Positions 48,126 to 57,857 are shown, numbered from the stretch's first letter. The stretch: DNA of 64,000 nucleotides from Candidatus Pacearchaeota archaeon (GCA_016186425.1 JACPLR010000011.1:13206-77205); one strand, 5' to 3'. Numbers and translations: made by a program. The notes: generated by a model not told the origin, from the sequence alone.

Positions 48126-51100
48126 ATGAGAATTAGCAAATTTGCTCTTAGTTTAATAGTTGTATTTATCTTTACTTTAGGATTATCTGTAGCTGTTTAC
48201 GCAGTTGACGACTTGATGGCTTTGCAGGGAAATGTGCAACAAAGCGGGGTTAATCTGGCTTCTGGAAACCTGACTGTTTATATTTTTGATGCTTATAGCA
48301 GTGGAAATGTTGTTTATAATTCAACCACTGATTTTTTTAATTCTATTTCAAGCGGAAAATATGATGTAATGCTTGGAAATGGCTCGCAAACATTAAGCCT
48401 TGAATACGGAAGAACATATTTTCTTGAAATGTATGTTAATAATGAGAAGCTAAGCTTTAATGGCTCAACAAGGCAGGTATTCCAGAGTTCTGCAGGCCAG
48501 ATTAATGGCAGTTTTATTAATCCAAACCAGATAAATACAACCCATATTTCTGGAAACATTTCTTTCACACAATTATCTGGATACGAAAATATTGTTTTAA
48601 CAAATAAATCCTCAACATTATCTGATGGCTACAACATTACAACTGGCGCTGGGGGATGGTTTAAAGGGCTGTTTAATTGGATTATAAACTCAACATCATC
48701 CCTTTATTTAAGCTTTAATGGAACAACTTTAAGTTTTAATGAAGCGCAATTAAATTCAACTATTGACTCTAGAGTTAGCTGGGGAGGATATATAATTTCA
48801 TCAGTAAGCAATAACACATTCTCTCAAATAACAAACAATACATTCTCTTTAATAACAAATAACACATTCTCTCAAATAACAAACAATACATTCTCTTTAA
48901 TAACAAATAATACACTCTCTCAAATAACAAATAATACACTCTCTCAAATAACAAATAATACTTTCTCTTTAATAACAAATACAACATTCTCAACTATTGG
49001 TAATAACACAATTTCAACCATAGGAAATTCCACCTTTTCTTTAATTACAAACACAACTATTTCAACAATTGGGAATAATACTTATTTAAAAATTACAGAC
49101 AATAATCTTTATCTTAATTTCACGCCTTCTGGTACAGTTGACTTTAATAGGGGATGGCAGTCTGGAGGGCTGACAATAAGCAACGGAAATATTTTTGCTC
49201 AAACAGGTTATTTTTATAATATAACTTCACTAGCCGTAAATAATCTTAATGTAAATGCGAGCATAATTCCTGGGACTGGATTTGATTCAACATTTGATAT
49301 TGGAAACGTGACTTCTAGATGGAGAGATGCCTTTTTTACAGGTGTTGTTAATGCCTCAACATTCTCGGCAAAATATCTGAATGCAACAACAGAAGCTTAC
49401 ATTAATGGCGCTGCTGTTAGCACTTGGCTTTATAACCAAACAACGCCCGCATCAATAATCGGCAACTCATCTGTAAGTAATCTGATTAACAATACTTTTT
49501 CTCCAATATCTAACAGCACATTTTCATTAATTACTAATACTACCTTTTCAGAAAGAATTAATGCAACTTATCCATTTATTTCAAATTTTTCAATATCAAA
49601 AACAATTAATGAAACTTTATCTGAAAGAGGAAATGCAACTTATGTAAAGTTAGGTTATAATCCATTCAACCAAGACCTTAACACATCAGATTCTGTTATC
49701 TTCCAAAATATAACTTTAACAGGGAATTTGACTCTTAAAAGTTCTTTTATGAATAATACACAAGTAATTTTCATTAACAGTCCTACTAACGGTGAATTAG
49801 TAGATGGATTATATTTAACAAAAACAGCCGATGCAAGCAGGAACTGGATAACTTGGAATCAAGGCGCATCTGGTTTAGCAGATTGGAGAATTGGCATGAC
49901 TAGAAATTCTATAGGAGGTTATTCTTTATCTTTTTATAATGCTAATGGCTCTACGTCAAATGCAACAAATCCTGGATTAGAAGTTTTAAGATTAACTGGT
50001 TATACTCAAGCTGGAAATGTTATTATTCCAAATGGGAGAGTAGGAATAAATATAACCTCTCCAGCAGCTGCTTTAGATGTAAATGGGGGAATTATTGGAG
50101 CAAACATAACTTCAACAGGAAATTTAACTATAAGCGGGAATGCAACATTTTTAGATAGGGTTGGAATAGGAACAGCAAGTCCTGCAGCAACTTTAGATGT
50201 TAATGGAGGAGATATAAGAGTTAATGGAGAAATTGTTACTAATAATTATAGCAGAATAGTTTTAACAAGACCAGACCAATTAGCAAGCGGAAATGTTTTA
50301 AATATAATTAATTATGGGGCAAATCAAAGCGACCAAACAAATTTAGGGATATCAACAACTAATACTACAATGATTTTTACAAATATTGGAAGTCCTGAAC
50401 AGGTTGCTTTTGCAATAGGAACAAGAGGTTCTTCTCCTTTAGTATTTTCTACAAATAATGCAGAAAGAATGAGGATACTTTCTGGAGGGAATGTGGGGAT
50501 AGGAACAACAACTCCTGCAAAAACATTAGAAGTTGCAGGACAAGCTCAAATTAGGTCTACATCTCCTGAATTATATTTTAATGATACAAGTGCAACAGGG
50601 CAAAATTATAGATTATCAATGTTTAATGATGATTTTTTGCTTCAAGATTGGAATGGTGCAAATACAATATTCCAAATGAATAATACCAGAATAGTTTTTA
50701 ATAAAAATGTTGGAATTGGGACAACAACTCCGAAAGCAACTTTAGATGTTAATGGAAATTTAACTATCACTGGGAATTTAACAATTACAAACGGAACAAC
50801 TGATAATGTTATATTCTATGCTAATCCTGTAAATTCAAGAGTTGGAATAGGAACAGTAAGCCCTGCAAATAATTTGAATATTCTTGCGGGGGCTGTTTCA
50901 AATATAGTTAATATATCTTCAAACGGGGCAAATAGAGAAGGAGATATAATATTAGGAAGAACAACAGGATATTTTGTATCATCAACTCCAGGAGGTTTTA
51001 TTTCTACTGCGGATACTTTGTCAATTGTCTCTGCAAACCATATTTCTTTCGGCAATTCAAGTTCTCTTGTTGAATATGCAAGAATTACGGGAGATGGAAA

Positions 51101-51884
51101 ATTCATTGTTTCAGGAACTGTAAATATCACTTCAAATTTAACAATAAGGAATAGTTTTTTTGTTAATGGCTCTAATTTACGATTAGGAATGGTTAATGCG
51201 CCAGATAATAGTGTTGTCCATATAAATGGAAGTGCTATTGGAAATGGAAATGCAATTACCTTAGGAAAGGCAGGACCAGGAAATTGGGGTTTAGATAGCA
51301 CTGGGGCTTTGATAGTTATAATTGGAGGAGATGATGCTGTAGCTCGTGATGCAGGAATTGCATTTAGAGATGAAAGAAGCAATAACATATGGAGCATAAG
51401 AAATGATGTTTCCGAGGGGAGAAAATTAAAAATAGGTTATGGGGGTACTGTAACCGATTTGCTTATTTTAGTTAATACGACAAATCTTGTTGGAATTAAT
51501 GTTCCAGACCCTGCAGCAACCTTAGATGTAAATTCAACTTCAGGATTAGGGGCATTTTTAGTAAGAAATAATTCAAATAATTTATTCTTTATTAATGCCA
51601 CTACAGGTTTTTTGGGAATTGGAACAGCAAATCCAACATCAACATTATATGTTAATTCTTCTTATGGAAACGGAGCATTTCTTGTTCAAAATGATTCAAA
51701 TCCAAATTTATTGTTTGTAAATGGCTCAAGTGGATTTGTTGGGATAGGAACTGTTTCGCCAAGACAGAAGCTTGAAGTAGCCGGCAACGTTAATGTCAGC
51801 AATCATGGAAGCAATATTACATTAGGAAAAGGCCAGATGTACTGGGATAATCCAAACAACAGGCTTGTTATTAGGGTGAGCTAA
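48126..51884 (+). CDS. 1252-aa secreted fibre/adhesin-like surface protein with VGIGT.SP repeats
   Basis: Signal peptide; repeated (N/R)VGI(G/N)TxxPxxxL(D/E)V motifs; very high N/T/S/G content; internal tandem repeats. Confidence 0.85.
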   Translation: MRISKFALSLIVVFIFTLGLSVAVYAVDDLMALQGNVQQSGVNLASGNLTVYIFDAYSSGNVVYNSTTDFFNSISSGKYDVMLGNGSQTLSLEYGRTYFLEMYVNNEKLSFNGSTRQVFQSSAGQINGSFINPNQINTTHISGNISFTQLSGYENIVLTNKSSTLSDGYNITTGAGGWFKGLFNWIINSTSSLYLSFNGTTLSFNEAQLNSTIDSRVSWGGYIISSVSNNTFSQITNNTFSLITNNTFSQITNNTFSLITNNTLSQITNNTLSQITNNTFSLITNTTFSTIGNNTISTIGNSTFSLITNTTISTIGNNTYLKITDNNLYLNFTPSGTVDFNRGWQSGGLTISNGNIFAQTGYFYNITSLAVNNLNVNASIIPGTGFDSTFDIGNVTSRWRDAFFTGVVNASTFSAKYLNATTEAYINGAAVSTWLYNQTTPASIIGNSSVSNLINNTFSPISNSTFSLITNTTFSERINATYPFISNFSISKTINETLSERGNATYVKLGYNPFNQDLNTSDSVIFQNITLTGNLTLKSSFMNNTQVIFINSPTNGELVDGLYLTKTADASRNWITWNQGASGLADWRIGMTRNSIGGYSLSFYNANGSTSNATNPGLEVLRLTGYTQAGNVIIPNGRVGINITSPAAALDVNGGIIGANITSTGNLTISGNATFLDRVGIGTASPAATLDVNGGDIRVNGEIVTNNYSRIVLTRPDQLASGNVLNIINYGANQSDQTNLGISTTNTTMIFTNIGSPEQVAFAIGTRGSSPLVFSTNNAERMRILSGGNVGIGTTTPAKTLEVAGQAQIRSTSPELYFNDTSATGQNYRLSMFNDDFLLQDWNGANTIFQMNNTRIVFNKNVGIGTTTPKATLDVNGNLTITGNLTITNGTTDNVIFYANPVNSRVGIGTVSPANNLNILAGAVSNIVNISSNGANREGDIILGRTTGYFVSSTPGGFISTADTLSIVSANHISFGNSSSLVEYARITGDGKFIVSGTVNITSNLTIRNSFFVNGSNLRLGMVNAPDNSVVHINGSAIGNGNAITLGKAGPGNWGLDSTGALIVIIGGDDAVARDAGIAFRDERSNNIWSIRNDVSEGRKLKIGYGGTVTDLLILVNTTNLVGINVPDPAATLDVNSTSGLGAFLVRNNSNNLFFINATTGFLGIGTANPTSTLYVNSSYGNGAFLVQNDSNPNLLFVNGSSGFVGIGTVSPRQKLEVAGNVNVSNHGSNITLGKGQMYWDNPNNRLVIRVS
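48810..49097 (+). repeat. intragenic 24-bp (8-aa) tandem repeat, 12 units; second degenerate block at 49464-49655
   Basis: NNTFSQIT/NNTFSLIT/NTTFSTIG units, each with an N-x-T sequon. Confidence 0.9.
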
Positions 51885-52004
51885 TGATTATTTACAAAAT
51901 AAAAAGGAATTAAAATGTTTTATAAATTAGAACATTTGTTCAAGAAATTAGAACAAGAGAAAGAAAAGATGAAGAAAAATAAAATAATATCAGTTAATAA
52001 GTAT

Positions 52005-52110
52005 AATAAATTAGGCAAAAGTATTTCATGGTTTCAAGATATTATGAATCATTACCATACTAAATTTCTCATTAGAGAGAAATTTAACCTTATTTATTTG
52101 GCTAGTTAAG
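52005..52110 (+). repeat. full core hairpin repeat; an internally deleted copy lies at 52896-52943
   Basis: aataaattagg...TTCAAgatattaTGAA...AAATTTCTCattagaGAGAAATTT...ccttatttatt. Confidence 0.85.
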
Positions 52111-52163
52111 TTTATTAAATTTATAAAATGGGCGTGAAAAATGGAAAATAAATATGAGAATAT

Positions 52164-52520
52164 TTATTTAATTCGGAATCCAAATAAAGAAAGGATAAAT
52201 AATTTGCCAGAAAATTCTATCGGGCTAATTTCATTAAATAACTTTGAGAGTGATGAAAATATGACCTCAATCCTTGGTGGATGTAGGTCTATAAAAATAA
52301 TTCCTGGATGCTCTTTTGGAGGAAACAGGTTTTTATCTATGAAGTGCTTATCAAAAGTTAATATAACTCTCGATTCGGCTTTTGCTAGGTTCGAAAGAAT
52401 TTTGTCAGTTGCACCTATAGGTATTTTTTTAATGTCAAAACCCTCTTTGATCAACAATTCAGTCAGTCCAACAGGTATATTTTCATCAGAAATAAGCTTT
52501 GGTTTATTGGAAGAGGACAT
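52164..52520 (-). CDS. DUF5615-like PIN toxin, copy 1
   Basis: DENIP...L...G.D, D..L...A..E.R.ILTFD.HF, GII; start reassigned to MSSSNKPK. Confidence 0.82.
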   Translation of the reverse strand: MSSSNKPKLISDENIPVGLTELLIKEGFDIKKIPIGATDKILSNLAKAESRVILTFDKHFIDKNLFPPKEHPGIIFIDLHPPRIEVIFSSLSKLFNEISPIEFSGKLFILSLFGFRIK

Positions 52521-52740
52521 ATTTCTCATCTTCCACAAGCTTAGAAGCATAGTTCAAGACAGAGAAAATAGCTTCTTTATTGAGTTGCGGGAAATAATTT
52601 TTTATAATCTCCTCAATAGTTATTCCGCTTCCAAGAAGCTCCAATACCTGCCATACCATAATTCTAGTATTCTTGAATACAGGCTTTCCGTGGCATATTT
52701 CACTATCTACAATAATATAATCATTTATTTCAATTCTCAT
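52504..52740 (-). CDS. DUF433 antitoxin, copy 1
   Basis: I.VD.EICHGKPVFK.TRI.V..VLE.L..G....EI...Y..L. Confidence 0.9.
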   Translation of the reverse strand: MRIEINDYIIVDSEICHGKPVFKNTRIMVWQVLELLGSGITIEEIIKNYFPQLNKEAIFSVLNYASKLVEDEKYVLFQ

Positions 52741-52895
52741 AAAGCAATTAAGTCAGAAGAAGTATTTAAACTTTCTGAATCTTTACCATATTTTAAGCAT
52801 GATATTAATAATCATCAGCTTTTATATAATGATTTAAAGCATATAAATTATAGAAAATGAAACTTAAAAATAGAATAACTTCAATAGATAAGTAT
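52731..52895 (+). repeat. direct repeat of the TA promoter region (second copy at 53586-53750)
   Basis: 855-bp offset; about 140 bp appear identical by eye. Confidence 0.9.
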
Positions 52896-53018
52896 GGCAA
52901 AAGCATTATAGGATTTCATAATATTTATTTGACTAGTTAAATTAGTGTTTGTTGACTTTATAAAATGAGCGTGAAAAATGGAAAATAAAATTAATGAAAG
53001 AATTAAAACAGAGCAAGA

Positions 53019-53360
53019 TTATAGTATTTTAAACTCTTTATCCGAGATTAAAAGAATAACTCTTCCTTTTAATTCATACTCTGAAAATTTTTTTAATAGG
53101 TTTAATATCGCATTTTTTTGTAGATCAACCTTATTTGGAGGGATTCTTAATAATATTATCCCAAAATGGTGTTCTAAAGAAGAATATGGAGGCTTTGAAA
53201 AATCAGTATCTTGTGAAATAATTATTCTTTCTTTAGTTATTGCTAATTTAAAGACTTCACCATTTTTAATTCCTTTAGGGCAGAATATAACATCATGCCC
53301 TAATTTCTTTAGAAAAGAAAGTAAATTATTATGTGCATTTTCGTCCAATAAAAATCTCAT
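53019..53360 (-). CDS. DUF5615-like PIN toxin, copy 2
   Basis: MRFLLDEN...L...GHDV, A..E.RIIISQDTDF, GIILLR. Confidence 0.85.
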   Translation of the reverse strand: MRFLLDENAHNNLLSFLKKLGHDVIFCPKGIKNGEVFKLAITKERIIISQDTDFSKPPYSSLEHHFGIILLRIPPNKVDLQKNAILNLLKKFSEYELKGRVILLISDKEFKIL

Positions 53361-53361
53361 T

Positions 53362-53595
53362 TTATACAGCTATAGTGTCAAAACTTCTTTTAGTAAGCTT
53401 GGTAGCAAGATCAAGTGCTGCTTTAATGTGCTCTTTTGTAAGAGAGGGATAGGCCTCAAAGATATCATTTATACTAGCTCCTTCTTCAAGCATTTCAAGA
53501 ACGAGATATACCATTATCCTAGTCCCTTTAAATACAGGTTTTCCATGGCATATTTCACTATCTACAATGATATAGTCATTTATGTCAATTCTCAT
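53362..53595 (-). CDS. DUF433 antitoxin, copy 2
   Basis: ICHGKPVFKGTRI.V..VLE.L..G......AYP.LT..HI.AAL. Confidence 0.9.
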   Translation of the reverse strand: MRIDINDYIIVDSEICHGKPVFKGTRIMVYLVLEMLEEGASINDIFEAYPSLTKEHIKAALDLATKLTKRSFDTIAV

Positions 53596-53790
53596 AAGCT
53601 AATTAAGTTAGAAGAAGTATTTAAACTTTCTGAATCTTTACCATATTTTAAGCATGATATTAATAATCATCAGCTTTTATATAATGATTTAAAGCATATA
53701 AATTATAGAAAATGAAACTTAAAAATAGAATAACTTCAATAGATAAGTATTTGGCTATGGGCCATGATAACTAATAAGGTGAAATTAAAA

Positions 53791-55281
53791 ATGGAAAATA
53801 AAAAATTTGGATATTTTGAGTATATAAAAAGCAAAAAAATGGTTTTTCTGTATTTAGCAATTATTTTATTAGCCTCTATACTAATTTTTAGGTTATTTGA
53901 CCCAAATAATCCTCTTACAGGAAACTCTGTTAAGATTACAGGAGAGGCAATTAGGCAGGAACAAATTAGTGCTGAAAAAGATAAATTAATTAAAGCGCCA
54001 ATTGAGGTAAAAGAAAAGAGAGATTATACTTCTCAAACTTATAAAAATCCTGATGGCACCTACACAGCAGTAATTGGGGCTAGGCCCCAGTTTTTTTTCA
54101 ATGGAAGCGAGTTTACAGAAATTGAAAAAATTTCTCAGCCAAGAATTGAAAAAAAAGAAATTGTTTTAAATAAAAAACCAACAAATAATATTTTTGATTT
54201 TGGAACTTATAATCTTGCCGAAGGCATTAATGCCAGCATAGACCTTGAAACTCAAGAATTAATTTTAAGGGATGTAAATAATAATATCATGCAGGTTTTG
54301 CCAAGGCCTTTCAGCATTGACAAAAATAATAATACTTTATTTAATAATTATAAAATATCACAAAAAAAGCAAAAGCTGACGATAAGTGTTAATGTTGACA
54401 AAATATGGCTAGATAATGCTGAATATCCGGTTGTAATTGATCCGACAACAATAACAATTTTAACAAATACTTATATGGGAAATGTTTATCCGGTAGGAGG
54501 CATAGGAGGGGGGTATTATAAAAGAAGTTCTAATGGCTCTACTATTGGAGCAGACTGCACTTTTGGAGAGCCAAATACCTGTGAAACCTACAGAACTTTT
54601 ATTGAATTTGATACAACAGCAATACCTGATTCAGCAGATATAAATGACACAATACTTAATATAAGTGTTAGTTCAAGAACATTTTGCTCTGGCGAATCAG
54701 AAATTCATACAAATATAACAAGATTTAATAACTCGCGAATTTCAGACCCAACGAACTATTCCGGAACTAATGCGGGAAATCTGTCTTTATTCAACAATAT
54801 TTCAACAGGATATAAATACCTTGGAAGCTATGCCAGTGATTTAAATTACACCGAAGTTGGCAAAGAATTTACACGAGACCTAGGAACAAAGGCTGATGAA
54901 GATTTAAAATCACAATTAGGAAATAATTTTTTTGCATTAGGAGTTTATACAAACCAAGAAACTTCAACATTAGACTGTATACATACAGTTACTTTTAATG
55001 ACTCTGCAAAAGCTTCTGGATATCCAAAACTTATGGTAAATTACACCTCTGCTGCATGTGTTATACCGCCTAATGGTGATTGGAATTGCAATGCCAGCTG
55101 TATTTTTACAAATGAAAACCTTAAAATTACTGGGGGCGATTTAGTTATTCGTGACCAGTGTAACCTAACCTTGAACGCATCAACTAACCTAACCTTGGCT
55201 TCGCCAGGAAGATATATTTTGGTATATAGTGGGGGGCAAATTTTTATCCATAATGGCTCTGGAATTAACAGGAGAAATTAA
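53791..55281 (+). CDS. membrane-anchored surface protein with YPVVIDPT and DNRLRE-like region
   Basis: N-terminal TM; SQTYKNPDGTYTA, WL..AEYPVVIDPT, RTFIEFDT..IP..A.I....L, PKLMVNY; many sequons. Confidence 0.75.
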   Translation: MENKKFGYFEYIKSKKMVFLYLAIILLASILIFRLFDPNNPLTGNSVKITGEAIRQEQISAEKDKLIKAPIEVKEKRDYTSQTYKNPDGTYTAVIGARPQFFFNGSEFTEIEKISQPRIEKKEIVLNKKPTNNIFDFGTYNLAEGINASIDLETQELILRDVNNNIMQVLPRPFSIDKNNNTLFNNYKISQKKQKLTISVNVDKIWLDNAEYPVVIDPTTITILTNTYMGNVYPVGGIGGGYYKRSSNGSTIGADCTFGEPNTCETYRTFIEFDTTAIPDSADINDTILNISVSSRTFCSGESEIHTNITRFNNSRISDPTNYSGTNAGNLSLFNNISTGYKYLGSYASDLNYTEVGKEFTRDLGTKADEDLKSQLGNNFFALGVYTNQETSTLDCIHTVTFNDSAKASGYPKLMVNYTSAACVIPPNGDWNCNASCIFTNENLKITGGDLVIRDQCNLTLNASTNLTLASPGRYILVYSGGQIFIHNGSGINRRN

Positions 55282-55389
55282 TATATTTTATGAACTTTGC
55301 AAATACAAAATTATAAGTAAAAATAAAAGATAATTGATATTATCCTATAAATATTAGAGAAATTAAAAGAGGTAATTTAAAATTAGCAG

Positions 55390-55495
55390 TTAAGTATAAA
55401 AAATCAGGCAAAAATATTGCAATATTATCTAAGATTTTTGAAAATATACAATAAATAAATTTTTCTCCAAGAAAAATTTAACATTATTTGATACT
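55390..55495 (+). repeat. full core hairpin repeat with side hairpin C
   Basis: aaatcaggcaaaaatattgc...TTTGAAaatatacaat..AAATTTTTCTccaAGAAAAATTT. Confidence 0.75.
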
Positions 55496-55825
55496 ATTAA
55501 TTAAGTTACAGCTAAATTTATAATATATAATTTATAGCATCTTAGAGTATAAGGTATTAATCTTTATAATTTATGTATTTTGATCAGTAATTGGCATAAT
55601 TTATGCATTATTTAGATAAATACTTATCACTTAATCTGTTATTATATTAATTTATCTAATCTTTAATTGTCCTTTATTATATTCATTGCCCTAATTTGAT
55701 TAATATGCTATAAAAAACATCTCTTGCAATTACTACTTTTTAATTGCCATTATTCTTGCTTAATTGTTATTACTAAAAACTAAGGCTTAGGAAAAATTTA
55801 TAAATCTTAGTCTTTTAAGAATTAT

Positions 55826-57337
55826 ATGCAATCAGCAAGGTCTGAAGATAATAGTAGTAAGTATGCTCAAGATAGCAATAATGTAAATAATAGTGAAAGT
55901 GATAGAGGCCTCTATGGGTTTTATTCTGGCTTAAAAGATTTTGGAAAAAGCCTGGGGAAAAAAGCACTTAGAACAGGGCTTGTTTCTTTAGTAGGATTAA
56001 CAGCTTATTTTTCTGGGATTTTACCAATGGGAAAAGCATACGCTCTTCCAAGTCCTCCAGCCGGGCTTACAACAATTAATGCCCAGTTAATGGATAAAGC
56101 AACTTTTGATAGTAAATACCCAAATCCAAATGATGCTCCAGCTTATACTTATTTTGATGATCCTGCTAATCCTTATCGTGATGCACAGGGCAATCTTATA
56201 AATACTCCTTTAGATACTGCTTTAGAGGATTTTAAAGCACTTACACAAGCAAATCCTGATACATATTTAATTGATTTTCATATTTCAGATAACAGAAGAT
56301 ATTTTTCTCATAGGGACTTGCATGATCTAAATTATGACATGGAAATTTATGGAGATGGAAAAGATTATACCATAATTGAGGTATCATTGCAGGCTCTTAA
56401 GTTTCTAGGAATTAGGGATATAAGCGGAGGAACAGGCACTACTGGTATTGGTTTTGTTGTATATCCTCTGGATTCAAGCGGATATATGGTAAATAGCCAT
56501 AGTGAAGAAACAATTAACATTGATCAGTCAGCTAATATTGAAATTATTAACAATATACTTACAAACCGCAGCACTGATGCAACAATAATCGTATCAGGTC
56601 CTCTTGCAAAATCAGGAATAGTTAATTCTATTCTTAATTATAATGATATATCGGCAACTTTAGGATTTCAGTTGCAAAGGGCTGCTGTTGTTGATATGGG
56701 AACAAGTGGAAAATTTGGTAACAATAATGTTAACTGCACTACTGCAATATATGGTTCTCCAACATTTAACGGAGAGGTTATTGCAGTTGGTGATGCTTGG
56801 GTTGGAACAGTTGCAAAATCTATAAAGGGCTCTACAAGAATGGAAAAAACGCAAGGTTACTTGACGAATGTTAATGATATTTTTGCTCAAAAAGTTGACA
56901 ATGACGGGGGCGGAACAATAACTATTTCAAGCCCTTTAGGTTATAATCCTGTAGTAGTTGATACTGACAATGAAGGATTAACAGATGGTTTTGAAGCAAC
57001 AATTGGCACAAATCCTACTCTGGCTGACACAGACGGAGACCATATCAGCGATTATGCAGAACATACTCTTGGAAGCAATCCTCTTAACCCTGCAGATGTT
57101 CCGTTAATATCTCCTGATGTCTGGGTTGATTTTGCTTATCCTTATACAGATGGCATTGGCACAAGCAATAATCCATTTCCAACAGCCCTTGAGGGAATTA
57201 TTAGCGTTTTCCCATTTGGAACAGTTAAAATAAAGGGAAATACTGGAGATAATTCAACTGCAGAAGCTTTACGCATTACAAAACCAATGAGAATTGAGGC
57301 AGTTAATGGTGGTGTAAGAATTGGGGCAAACAATTAA
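55826..57337 (+). CDS. secreted protein with beta-helix-like core and thrombospondin-3-like Ca-binding repeats
   Basis: DTDNEGLTDGFE...GTNP...DTDGD.ISD..E...GSNP; C-terminal WVDFAY...G...NPF module. Confidence 0.75.
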   Translation: MQSARSEDNSSKYAQDSNNVNNSESDRGLYGFYSGLKDFGKSLGKKALRTGLVSLVGLTAYFSGILPMGKAYALPSPPAGLTTINAQLMDKATFDSKYPNPNDAPAYTYFDDPANPYRDAQGNLINTPLDTALEDFKALTQANPDTYLIDFHISDNRRYFSHRDLHDLNYDMEIYGDGKDYTIIEVSLQALKFLGIRDISGGTGTTGIGFVVYPLDSSGYMVNSHSEETINIDQSANIEIINNILTNRSTDATIIVSGPLAKSGIVNSILNYNDISATLGFQLQRAAVVDMGTSGKFGNNNVNCTTAIYGSPTFNGEVIAVGDAWVGTVAKSIKGSTRMEKTQGYLTNVNDIFAQKVDNDGGGTITISSPLGYNPVVVDTDNEGLTDGFEATIGTNPTLADTDGDHISDYAEHTLGSNPLNPADVPLISPDVWVDFAYPYTDGIGTSNNPFPTALEGIISVFPFGTVKIKGNTGDNSTAEALRITKPMRIEAVNGGVRIGANN

Positions 57338-57429
57338 GTTGATACTAGAATTATTTCTTAAATAAGCAGTTAAATATTGTTTTTTTTAAAAACAGAGAGG
57401 TTTAAATATTGTTTTTTCTTAAAAAAATT

Positions 57430-57507
57430 ATGGATATTGAAAAGGTATTTGAAGAATGGAATGCTTATGCAGAAAAGAGGGAACTTATAGAGAGAAATTT
57501 AAAATGA
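57430..57507 (+). pseudogene. truncated gene start fused to the right half of a core repeat
   Basis: TATA-like TTTAAATA then MDIEKVFEEWNAYAEKR, running into repeat sequence gagaaatttaaaatgatttatag. Confidence 0.45.
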
Positions 57508-57558
57508 TTTATAGTTGTTTAAATTAAATTCTTTAACATTAATGAAGTGATTTTAACT
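57484..57558 (+). repeat. right flank of core repeat (near-copy of 63768-63833)
   Basis: atttaaaatgatttatag(t/c)tgtttaaattaaa(t/c)tctttaacattaat. Confidence 0.8.
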
Positions 57559-57857
57559 CGATATATTTTAATTATTTTGGTTAAGCCATGATTCAGGACA
57601 AAATAAGAAAAACTATTCACTGAAATATTTATAAAGTGTCTAATAGTAACTTACATATTTATATAAATATTGTAAGATTGAAACAGACAAAATTATTTAT
57701 AAAAGAAAGCTTTTGAATGAGTTTATTAGGCGGATTGAAGCTTAAAAAGCTGTCTGGCAGTTTAGGATTAAAAGAATGTTATGTAATTTCAAAAGAGTTT
57801 ATTAACGAAAAAGGATTTATAACTTCAACTGACCTCTAAAATGCTTAAAAATTGACT

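Noticed and set aside
48810..49097. CRISPR array
   Set aside because: The 24-bp units are contiguous, in frame, have no unique spacers and lie inside a CDS; no cas genes are present.
50816..51397. 193-aa minus-strand ORF and similar shadows (1412-1774, 11021-11398, 23576-24076, 38448-38951, 59979-60380)
   Set aside because: These are antisense to well-supported genes and have no motifs or initiation signals.
51915..52109. 64-aa ORF
   Set aside because: Its 3' half is the hairpin repeat, so it is likely spurious or a gene stub.
47815..57558. Integron cassette array with the hairpin repeats as attC sites
   Set aside because: GTTRRRY occurs at some right ends (for example 45546, 52105, 52936), but a matching RYYYAAC is not consistently present. 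The repeats also separate essential genes, and no IntI or tyrosine recombinase is in the window.
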